From a virus (Duplodnaviria > Heunggongvirae > Uroviricota > Caudoviricetes): a DNA stretch of 27,110 bases. The notes below the pieces were generated by a model. That model saw only the letters and a list, made by a program, of their open reading frames with translations, searched no databases and was not told the origin of the DNA. The stretch's first letter is position 1. The number at the start of each line of letters is the position of its first letter. The translations under genes and the position numbers were made by a program. The stretch is from IMG/VR virus record IMGVR_UViG_2534681878_000029; one strand, written 5' to 3'. Below, piece after piece: positions 11,073 to 19,061 of this stretch.

Positions 11073-11654
11073 CTTTATCAATGACTTATCTCCCGACTTC
11101 CCGTCTTGCTTTTCCTAAACAGAACAATCGTAGAATATTCTTGAAGGGTTAGATCGTCACTGTTTTCTGTTCGATACTGTGACATTCAGCACTTGATTCG
11201 CTATGGATCTGACAGGAAGGTTTTGAGCGAAAATCTGCAGTTATTCAGTCGTTTTCTTATCGGTCACCATTATTCTTTTAGACATTGATCCTACAAAGCT
11301 GCCGTAAAGTTGGTGGTGGGAACTGAAGTTGCGTAGAGAAGGGGTCAATACCCGGAGGCAAACATGGGCTGGCAAAAGTGTAGCGGTATTAGGCGCAGCT
11401 ATTTAGCCTAGTTATGTTTTATGAAAACTTGATATCATATAAGTGTCTTACTTATTGGCTGTAAATAAGTTTTTCCTAAGGAATTGTTTCTTGAGTATCA
11501 TTTGTAACTGTAACGGAATTTATAATCCTTTGCTTTATTGTTACGGTATTTTTTATCACACCCTATTTTTAGTGGTTTTTTATACTGAAGTTTGGCAAAG
11601 TGAACTTTATATACATATACTTCATCCTGGTTTCAGTTAAATTGGGGGGATGAT

Positions 11655-12398
11655 ATGGCAACTACATGTTCAGTTATATTGATTTTGGAGTCCTTTGATG
11701 TTTATTTCGGAAAAGAGAGTGTGTTTCTGGAGAGAGGTTCATCTGTACTTGTCGACTCTAGCTCTAGAGATTTTTTCCTGACATATCCTGAAAGAGTGAT
11801 AGTGGCGGATTTTGGCGCTGAGTTTATTAGTCGCTATTTGAAAGCTAATAACTTAAGGGATATTTCTGATTGTAGGGAATATCCATCTTATTTAAAAATA
11901 AACTTTGCTGACTTCAGTTTAATTAAAGGATTAATTAGTTGGGCTAATCACTGTGCTGAATACATAGAAATTTTTGATGAGTCTATTGCTTTTACATGTC
12001 TCTCTGCATTTTCTTCTGAAAAACAATTTGGAGTATTTCTGTTTGGATGTTTGAAAAGCACAGGGGCTAAAGTTAAAACGATTATTCATACGGATTTATC
12101 TGCACCATGGCGTCTTAAGGATATATCATCAAGATTATATCTCAGCGAAAGTTTACTAAAGAGGAAATTGAAAGAAGAGGGGGTATCATTCAGTAAGATC
12201 ATACTTGATGAGAGGATGCAAATGGCTGAATATTTACTCAGCACTCGTTGTTATCCTATTAGTAAAGTAGCTAAGGTCTGTGGTTATGCCAGTGTCTCAT
12301 ACTTTACTTATGTATTTAGACGTTATTTTGGTGTTTCTCCAAGTCAATACTCTCAGAGGAGTTCAGAAAGTAAAATTCTTACTCACCAGGGAATCTGA
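11655..12398 (+). CDS. AraC/XylS-family transcriptional regulator (AppY/GadX-like)
   Basis: 247 aa, strong SD GGGGGGA before the ATG; N-terminus MATTCSVILILESFD resembles AppY (MDYVCSVVFICQSFD); C-terminal AraC-type HTH (...KVAKVCGYASVSYFTYVFRRYFGVSPSQY). Sits in an AT-rich segment. Confidence 0.8.
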   Translation: MATTCSVILILESFDVYFGKESVFLERGSSVLVDSSSRDFFLTYPERVIVADFGAEFISRYLKANNLRDISDCREYPSYLKINFADFSLIKGLISWANHCAEYIEIFDESIAFTCLSAFSSEKQFGVFLFGCLKSTGAKVKTIIHTDLSAPWRLKDISSRLYLSESLLKRKLKEEGVSFSKIILDERMQMAEYLLSTRCYPISKVAKVCGYASVSYFTYVFRRYFGVSPSQYSQRSSESKILTHQGI

Positions 12399-12439
12399 TC
12401 ATTGTTCTTGCCCCCTTATTTCCAGACAGGGGGGGTATC

Positions 12440-12805
12440 TTAAGTTAACGTTACCCGCTGACGTCGATATTCTCGCGGAGAGCGATAACCCAACGCACTG
12501 TGCGGATGGTTTTCATTGTAATGTTCGATCGCCACTGCAAGATTATGCAATGCCGTTCTTACATTCGGTTTCGGCATGAACGCGATGTAGTCTTCCTTCA
12601 TCGTTTTCACGAACCTTTCTGCAATTCCATTACTCTGAGGACTGCTGATTGCCGTTGTGCAGGGCTCCAGATTCAACTCTCTGGCGAACTGCCGTGTTTC
12701 ATGCGCTCTATACGCTGAACCGTTATCTGTCAGCCACTGGATGGACTGTTCCGGTACTTTATCGCCAAAGCGTTTTTCTATCGCTCCTAACATGACATCC
12801 TGCAC
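12440..12805 (-). pseudogene. IS3-family (IS2-group) transposase OrfB C-terminal fragment
   Basis: 121 aa ...[51 protein letters not shown]...[14 protein letters not shown] resembles the IS2 InsD C-terminus; no intact upstream catalytic domain or OrfA. Confidence 0.8.
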
Positions 12806-13152
12806 TGTCGCTTTATCGTAACCTCCCGTGCTTGCGGCCCAGTCTATGGCTTCACGATCGCAACAGTCCAGGGCGATTCATCTGGGCCAATCCTTGCTCA
12901 TAACAGGCATTCACTTCAGTCATGGCAGAAAGGTATGCATGCTGGAGAAGTCGTGAAAGAAAAGAAGACTGCTGCGCCGTTTGTCGTCACGTTTATCTTC
13001 ATTGGCTATGCAAGTCGTAATACAAGGTGGGACAAAACTGAGACACATAAGGCCTCGCAATGGCTTGCAAGGCTTTACATGTTTTGATGTGGTGGGACGT
13101 GTGAGCGCAGTGTTGATGGGGTAATGCTTTGAATTAGAAGCGGATTCTTATA

Positions 13153-13198
13153 ATTCGTAATGCGAAGGTCGTAGGTTCGACTCCTATTATCGGCACCA
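13153..13198 (+). tRNA. Partial tRNA-Thr (anticodon CGU, thrW-like), 3' ~46 nt only: attL core of the P4-like element
   Basis: ATTCGTAATGCGAAGGTCGTAGGTTCGACTCCTATTATCGGCACCA equals the 3' part of tRNA-Thr(CGU) from the anticodon loop; the upstream sequence is unrelated to the tRNA 5' half. Confidence 0.8.
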
Positions 13199-13360
13199 TC
13201 TCAACTTCCTCAAACGTCCGTATTAGTCCATAAAATCTCTGATTTATAACATTTTTTATTCTTTTAAGTCCATAGTAGTCCGTAACCATCCAGTAGAATC
13301 CGGTACTGAATGTGTATAGGATTGTGTATATGTTCCTGTTCGGTCTGGATTCCTATACAC

Positions 13361-14542
13361 ATGCCTTTAAACGATATGCAGATTCGCCGCGCTAAGCCTG
13401 AAGCTAAAGCCTATACATTTGGAGATGGGCTAGGGTTGTCATTACTTATAGAACCTAATGGAAGCAAGAGTTGGCGGTTCCGCTATCGCTATGCCGGCAA
13501 ACCCAAAATGATCTCGCTTGGTGTTTACCCAACGATCACCCTTGCCGATGCTCGTTCCCGTCGTGATGAAGCTCGAAAACTTGTGGCAGAAGGAAAGAAC
13601 CCTAGTGAGGTTCGAAAAGAGCAAAAGCTAGCTATGCAAACAGAGTCAGAGAACGCCTTCGAAAAGATAGCCAGAGAGTGGCATCAACTTAAATCTGCTA
13701 AATGGTCGGCGGGATATGCATCAGACATCATGGAAGCGTTTAAGAACGACATTTTTCCTTATGTCGGAACAAGGCCTGTGGGAGAGATTAAACCGCTAGA
13801 GCTGCTGAACGTTCTGCGTAAAATTGAGAAACGTGGTGCGTTGGAGAAAATGCGCAAAGTGCGGCAGCGTTGCTCCGAAGTGTTTCGCTACGCAATTGCA
13901 ACGGGTAGGGCGGAGTACAATCCTGCGGCTGATCTCTCCAGCGCTCTCGAAGTACACCAATCCAATCATTTCCCATTCCTAAAAGCTGATGAGATACCTG
14001 ATTTTCTACGTGCCTTAGAGGGTTACTCCGGGAGTAAGCTTGTCCAGATAGCCACGAAATTACTGATGATTACGGGTGTGAGAACCATCGAATTACGCGC
14101 GGCATTATGGCAAGAATTTGATCTGGATAACGCTATTTGGGAAATTCCTGCTGAAAGGATGAAAATGCGTAGGCCACATCTTGTGCCCTTATCATCTCAA
14201 GCGGTAGATTTACTCAATGAACTCAAGATCATGACAGGGAACTATCGTTATGTTTTTCCAGGGCGGAACGATCCGAATAGGCCAATGAGCGAAGCGAGTA
14301 TAAATCAAGCCATTAAGCGTATTGGGTATGGAGGAAAAGTCACTGGACATGGTTTTCGTCATACCCTTTCTACAATCCTGCATGAGCAAGGTTTTGAGAG
14401 TGCTTGGATTGAAATCCAGTTGGCTCATGTAGATAAAAATTCTATTAGGGGGACTTATAACCATGCTCAATATTTTAGTGGAAGGAAGTCTATGATGGAC
14501 TGGTACAGTAATTTGATATTTGAAAGACTAAAAAGGAGTTAA
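13361..14542 (+). CDS. int: P4-type tyrosine integrase (IntA/IntS-like, DUF4102 N-domain)
   Basis: MPLNDMQIRRAKPEAKAYTFGDGLGLSLLIEPNGSKSWRFRYRYAGKPK... with the C-terminal R...HGFRHT...Y catalytic signature; directly downstream of the tRNA-Thr fragment. Start moved to the ATG at 13361 because the track extension overlaps an inverted repeat. Confidence 0.9.
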   Translation: MPLNDMQIRRAKPEAKAYTFGDGLGLSLLIEPNGSKSWRFRYRYAGKPKMISLGVYPTITLADARSRRDEARKLVAEGKNPSEVRKEQKLAMQTESENAFEKIAREWHQLKSAKWSAGYASDIMEAFKNDIFPYVGTRPVGEIKPLELLNVLRKIEKRGALEKMRKVRQRCSEVFRYAIATGRAEYNPAADLSSALEVHQSNHFPFLKADEIPDFLRALEGYSGSKLVQIATKLLMITGVRTIELRAALWQEFDLDNAIWEIPAERMKMRRPHLVPLSSQAVDLLNELKIMTGNYRYVFPGRNDPNRPMSEASINQAIKRIGYGGKVTGHGFRHTLSTILHEQGFESAWIEIQLAHVDKNSIRGTYNHAQYFSGRKSMMDWYSNLIFERLKRS

Positions 14543-14545
14543 TTT

Positions 14546-14962
14546 GTGTCTCAACCACTTTCGGAAATATTGACATGGGATGATGAACAATGGGAGGTAT
14601 TTGTCCATGATTGGCTTATTGTCTGTAAATCAGATGATTACCCGTGGAGCGAACGTTTGGGAGGAGCTGGAGATAAAGGTAGAGACGTTGTTGGATATAA
14701 ATCGGATCCTAACGTAGAAGGTTATTCTTGGGATAATTATCAATGCAAACTGTACAAAAAAAGTTTAGGGTTCTCTGATGTTGTAGTTGAGTTTGGAAAA
14801 CTTATCTATTTTACTCTGAATGGTGATTATCCCATCCCTCAGAAGTACTTTTTTGTGGCACCCTATGATTTATCTACTACATTTTCTAATTTATTGAAAA
14901 ATAAAAACGAGCTTAAAAAAGCAGTCCTTGATTCATGGGATTCAGCAATTTCAAAAAAATAA
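14546..14962 (+). CDS. Mrr-like PD-(D/E)xK nuclease-domain protein (candidate effector, N-terminal part)
   Basis: GTG start 4 nt after the int stop with SD AAGGAG at 14533-14538. Motif GGAGDKGRDVVGY ... YQCKLYKK (residues 39-72) matches the Mrr_cat pattern g-DgG-D ... QcK. AT-rich. Confidence 0.6.
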   Translation: MSQPLSEILTWDDEQWEVFVHDWLIVCKSDDYPWSERLGGAGDKGRDVVGYKSDPNVEGYSWDNYQCKLYKKSLGFSDVVVEFGKLIYFTLNGDYPIPQKYFFVAPYDLSTTFSNLLKNKNELKKAVLDSWDSAISKK

Positions 14963-15552
14963 CTAAAAAGATTGATATTCCATTAGATGATGAAATAAAA
15001 AAATATATTGAGGATTTTGATTTTAGTATTTTTTACTCTCTACCCTTATCATTGATTTTAAATGATATTGCAAATACACACCTTTATTTTAAGTACTTTA
15101 ACGAGCTGTATGTCGTGAGAATCCCTCCAAATGAAATTCCAACATACAATTCAAAAAAAGAGTCTGTATATGTTAATGCACTGCTTCAAGCCTATTCAGA
15201 GCATGGAAATAAAACTTATAGTTCTTTCTTAGAGCTTGATGATCCATACAGACGACACTTTAATAATAGTAGAAATGATTTTTATTTTGCATCTTCGCTT
15301 GAGGTTTTTGTCCGCGAAGTATTTAAAGATGATGTATTCAAAGCATTGAAATGTTACATTTCATCTTCAATTGAACCCGTCTTTTATGAAGACCATAATT
15401 ATGCATTTATTAGGTGTAATGCAGTCTTGAAGCAGGCTGTTCTGACACCAATTGCACATTCAGTACTATCAAAAATATGTGAAGCAAATGATAAAAAAGG
15501 AATATGCCATCATTTGGTTAATGATGGTGAAGTAATTTGGACGGTGAGATAA
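14935..15552 (+). CDS. Hypothetical protein; possibly the C-terminal continuation of the preceding ORF via -1 frameshift at an A7 run
   Basis: 205 aa ORF overlapping the previous one by 28 nt in the -1 frame; the overlap contains AAAAAAA (14953-14959) followed by the 0-frame stop; no recognisable motif. Confidence 0.5.
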   Translation: MGFSNFKKITKKIDIPLDDEIKKYIEDFDFSIFYSLPLSLILNDIANTHLYFKYFNELYVVRIPPNEIPTYNSKKESVYVNALLQAYSEHGNKTYSSFLELDDPYRRHFNNSRNDFYFASSLEVFVREVFKDDVFKALKCYISSSIEPVFYEDHNYAFIRCNAVLKQAVLTPIAHSVLSKICEANDKKGICHHLVNDGEVIWTVR

Positions 15553-16010
15553 TGGTTAGAATTTATAATTCAAGTTTAGAAGTGGCATGTCGAATGGCGA
15601 AAGTGCTCGTCGCTATTTATCCTTCTTCATTAAGCCTTGAACGGCTTATTTGTTTTGATTTTATTTTAGTAAATCTTAAGGATTTTTTACCTGAAGAGAT
15701 TAGTCTTCATCCTCCAATACCCCGTAGAGATGCTCAGTTAGCCCTAAAACGAGAGATTGTTTTAGAATCATTGGCTTTGTTGCAAGGCTATGAACTAGCC
15801 TCAAAAATTTATACACATCGTGGTTTTGTATATAAAGCTTCTGAAAAAACATATGCATTTACAAATTCTCTACATAATGAATATGTTGCGCAGATGGAGC
15901 ATAATATAAATTTGGTGGTTAAGTTATATAGTGATATTCCTGATGAGCAGTTGCAATCAATTATAAAAAATAAAATTGGCAAATATGATATGGAATTTAA
16001 TTATGAATGA
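15552..16010 (+). CDS. Hypothetical small protein (middle component)
   Basis: 152 aa from the ATG at 15552, overlapping the upstream stop as TAATG (translational coupling); no recognisable motif. Confidence 0.5.
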   Translation: MVRIYNSSLEVACRMAKVLVAIYPSSLSLERLICFDFILVNLKDFLPEEISLHPPIPRRDAQLALKREIVLESLALLQGYELASKIYTHRGFVYKASEKTYAFTNSLHNEYVAQMEHNINLVVKLYSDIPDEQLQSIIKNKIGKYDMEFNYE

Positions 16011-16635
16011 CAATTTTTTTACGTTCAGAAAAATAAAGGTAACCGGATTCAATAAATTAGATGCTATAATTGAATTTGGTTCTAAATTGACTATTTTATA
16101 TGGTGGTTCTGACTCTGGAAAAACATACATATATTATTTGATTCGATATTTATTAGGGAGTGAAAAACTAAAAAATAAAGATATCGATCATGCTCAAGGT
16201 TATGATTTAGCCTATCTGGAATTTAATTTTCAAGGTAGGGTAATGACAATTGAGAGGTCTCTTCAGGATAGCGCCCATTACAGATTATATGATTCGAGCA
16301 TTGAAAATGTTAGTGAAGCTAATCTGTTGATGGTTTTTTCCAAAAGTGCTTCGTCTAAAAAGAGTTTTTCATCATACTTTTATGGTAGGTTGAATTTCAA
16401 AGAGGCTAAAGTAAGAACAAACTTAAGTAATACTCTTCATAAATTTAATCTTAATAATGTTTTTGAATTTTTTTGTATTGATGAATTAAGAGTGTTAACT
16501 GAGAAGTCGTTAATTCTTTCTGATATTCCTAGCGAGGAGACAAAAAGAAAGTCTGAATTTAAATTCCTTTTAACTCAGAGAGATGATACTAACTCCTTAG
16601 CAGAAAAACCAAATAAAAAAGCAAGATATTTTTAA
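15985..16635 (+). CDS. ABC/SMC-like ATPase, N-terminal head with Walker A
   Basis: FRKIKVTGFNKLDAIIEFGSKLTILYGGSDSGKT: the SMC/RecF/RecN-type N-terminal strand followed by P-loop GGSDSGKT (nt 16102-16125). Start uncertain (ATG 15985 or 16003). Confidence 0.6.
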   Translation: MIWNLIMNDNFFTFRKIKVTGFNKLDAIIEFGSKLTILYGGSDSGKTYIYYLIRYLLGSEKLKNKDIDHAQGYDLAYLEFNFQGRVMTIERSLQDSAHYRLYDSSIENVSEANLLMVFSKSASSKKSFSSYFYGRLNFKEAKVRTNLSNTLHKFNLNNVFEFFCIDELRVLTEKSLILSDIPSEETKRKSEFKFLLTQRDDTNSLAEKPNKKARYF

Positions 16636-16665
16636 AAAAATCAAATTGCAAATATTTATGAGGAA

Positions 16666-17256
16666 TTGAAAGCGCAATTAATTTATCCTGAATATGATCA
16701 AGTCATTGTTTCAAGAGAACTTGAGAAAGTAGAGCAAGATATTGAATCATCGAAAGATATATTGAAAGGTATTGTTGATGCACTTGATGATAAGAAGCAA
16801 TTATTAAAAGAGTTAAGTGATGAATTATATTCAATCAGTGACAGGGAAAAATACTTATCATTACTCATTGAAAGATTTAGTCTTCTTAAAGACCAATACT
16901 TTATAGATCTACAAAGAATAGATGTTGTATCACAGGCGAATTTCTATTTAAATAATTTTGCAGATATTTATTGTGAGTTCTGTAATACACCGCAAAAAAA
17001 AGAAAATGAAATATCATATGATGATTGTTTTTTGTCGTGTAATGCAGAAAAATTGAAAATCAAAAGCCAGCTGAAAGGATTAATTGAATCAATCGGATCT
17101 AATGTTCGCGAACATGAATTAATTATGTTAAGAAAAAATGATGTTAATGAAATTTATCAATCAGAAAAAAGTGATTTTAAGACGTTAGAAGATAAAAATA
17201 TAAAACAATACATTCATCTCTTGAATCACTTTATGAATATAAAGACAATCTTTTAA
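16666..17256 (+). CDS. Coiled-coil segment, same frame as the preceding ORF and separated from it only by a single TAA
   Basis: 196 aa rich in heptad-like K/E/L/I repeats; the track start is TTG with no convincing SD; in frame with 15985-16635 across the TAA at 16633-16635. Confidence 0.5.
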   Translation: MKAQLIYPEYDQVIVSRELEKVEQDIESSKDILKGIVDALDDKKQLLKELSDELYSISDREKYLSLLIERFSLLKDQYFIDLQRIDVVSQANFYLNNFADIYCEFCNTPQKKENEISYDDCFLSCNAEKLKIKSQLKGLIESIGSNVREHELIMLRKNDVNEIYQSEKSDFKTLEDKNIKQYIHLLNHFMNIKTIF

Positions 17257-17822
17257 TGGATCACACAAAACATAGCATTCTATCTTCATTACAAGATAAA
17301 GAAGATGATGTTGACGAACTTAAATACTCCGCCGAGGACTTTGACTCCTTAACAGTAGCTGATTTGTATGATATAGAAATAGCGATGCAAGACTTTTTGA
17401 ATGATATAAATTTTGAAAATTCTAAAGATAACAAAGTGCGATTTGACGAAGATACATATGACTTTAATATCAATGGGAAACGCCGAGGAATGTTTGGTAA
17501 AGGTACCCGTGCAGTAATGCATGCTATATTTACCATTTGCTTTGCGGAATTTTTATCAAGAAAAGGGAATCCATTCATTGGATTTGTTGTGCTTGATAGT
17601 CCATTAGTGACGCACTTTGATAAAGATAGAGGGGGTTCTCTATCGGATGTTAATAGCGTCAGTCTCAGTGATTCATTTTATCACGCATTAATCAAAAGGG
17701 ACTATAATTTCCAGATTGTAATTCTTGAGAATAAAGGTCCGACGTTCCAAATAAAAATTAATGATGCAAATAAAATCCATAACTTAAATAAGAATGGAAG
17801 CTCTGGTTTTTATCCTGTTTAA
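17256..17822 (+). CDS. ABC/SMC-like ATPase, C-terminal head with signature-like and Walker B motifs
   Basis: ...RRGMFGKGTRAVMHAIFTICFAEF (signature-like region) followed ~20 aa later by IGFVVLDSP (Walker B-like hhhhD); ATG overlaps the upstream stop as TAATG. Confidence 0.55.
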   Translation: MDHTKHSILSSLQDKEDDVDELKYSAEDFDSLTVADLYDIEIAMQDFLNDINFENSKDNKVRFDEDTYDFNINGKRRGMFGKGTRAVMHAIFTICFAEFLSRKGNPFIGFVVLDSPLVTHFDKDRGGSLSDVNSVSLSDSFYHALIKRDYNFQIVILENKGPTFQIKINDANKIHNLNKNGSSGFYPV

Positions 17823-18231
17823 TACATTAAAAATATAACTGCTAATTGGGGTGCTCGAAATTATATTTCGTTTCGAGCGCTCAGTTCATTTCTAAATAAT
17901 TTGCAAAATTATTTTGGGTACTTTCGCCTCTACACTTCCTTCGGGTGGTTCCACAATAATGGATCTCACCGGCGTTTGATATTTTATAATCTAACCCCTT
18001 AGCGCGCGCAGCCCCCCACGCCTGCTCGCTTCGCTTAACAGACTGGTTTTCATGCATTCCGCAAATCGTCTCAGAAGCCACCACACAAGGGCTTTCGCGT
18101 CAAAAATGGTGCATGAGAATCATGCGTTTTCATGCGCTATAGACATGCACTCATGCGCTCTCAGGCCAGCCAGGGAAAAGGCGTAAAAAATCCCAGTACT
18201 GGACCGGGATTACGTGGGCTTTTTTTGCTAA

Positions 18232-18504
18232 TCAGACAGGAATTTGCTGACGGCTTGACAGCTTTGACGCGGAGCCATAGCGATTGAGAGTTTGCTGTTG
18301 TTTTTCCGGCATTTGTGCTTTCTCTGATTCCTGTTCATTGCGCCGGGGCTTCATGATTATCGTATCCACACTTTCCAGTGCGGTAAATGTGTAGGAACAT
18401 TCAAGATTCTGGCACTGATACCATGAGCGTTTAACCGATGGTGCTTCATAGGCGGAGGTTCTGGCGTGTGCCGTCGTACCGCATTCGGGACATTTAAGTG
18501 CCAT
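18232..18504 (-). CDS. Ogr/Delta-family zinc-finger late-gene transcriptional activator
   Basis: MALKCPECGTTAHARTSAYEAPSVKRSWYQCQNLECSYTFTALESV: the CxxC...AHARTS...QCxNxxC...TF pattern of P2 Ogr / P4 Delta. Confidence 0.85.
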   Translation of the reverse strand: MALKCPECGTTAHARTSAYEAPSVKRSWYQCQNLECSYTFTALESVDTIIMKPRRNEQESEKAQMPEKQQQTLNRYGSASKLSSRQQIPV

Positions 18505-18509
18505 TAATA

Positions 18510-19061
18510 TTACTCCTGCATGCCGTTAATGTAATCCAGACGTTGCTGAAAGCGCAGTTGTTGTGCAGGGGTGTAAGAGCTCTGGCAATCACGAACCATC
18601 ATGGGGTCAGGCATCACACCGGATTCATCCAGAATCATACGATAATCCCCGGCAATTTCAGGCGGTGTTATTGCCAGCTGGCGAACCAGAGCATTGCGTA
18701 ATATACGGGACGCAACGTCAACCCCTCCGCGCCCCTTCAGGAACGGAGCCAGTGCAGATGTCAGGGCTGCTCCATTCGCCTGCATAAAATTGCTGAGAGC
18801 GTCTTCTGTGCAGGCCTCCATCAGTTGATGCTGCGAGTAAATGCATTCGCGCGCAGCACAGTTAATTTGCCATTTCAGCACATCCAGATGTTCCCGCTGT
18901 AATTCGAGCTGTCGAGCATAATCTGCTGGTTTTTCCATGGCAGTGAGGAGTGATTCTATCTGTTGTTCAACGGCTTTTCGGCTCTCACTATGTCCAGCCC
19001 ACAGAATACGGGCATTTCTAAAACTGATAAGCGCTTGGTCTGGAGTGACTCGGGCCATCAT
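18510..19061 (-). CDS. psu: Psu-like protein (P4 polarity suppression / capsid decoration family)
   Basis: 183 aa; shares recalled P4 Psu motifs (KWQ[IV]N, HG[AT]ALA[AS]ALAP, TPAQ); co-oriented with the sid-like gene as in P4. Confidence 0.7.
   Translation of the reverse strand: MMARVTPDQALISFRNARILWAGHSESRKAVEQQIESLLTAMEKPADYARQLELQREHLDVLKWQINCAARECIYSQHQLMEACTEDALSNFMQANGAALTSALAPFLKGRGGVDVASRILRNALVRQLAITPPEIAGDYRMILDESGVMPDPMMVRDCQSSYTPAQQLRFQQRLDYINGMQE

Noticed and set aside
11443-11640. 65-aa ORF upstream of the AraC-like gene
   Set aside because: It lies in a very AT-rich promoter-like region and has a low-complexity hydrophobic sequence with no SD. It is more likely regulatory DNA for the AraC-like gene.
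12280-12718. Short ORFs (12280-12579, 12500-12718) overlapping the IS2-group transposase fragment
   Set aside because: They are alternative-frame or antisense shadows of the transposase remnant.
17853-17878. Hairpin GCTCGAAA-N10-TTTCGAGC just after the last cassette ORF, as an intrinsic terminator
   Set aside because: The stem is good but there is no downstream U-tract. It might terminate or be part of the cos-proximal region; not called as a feature.
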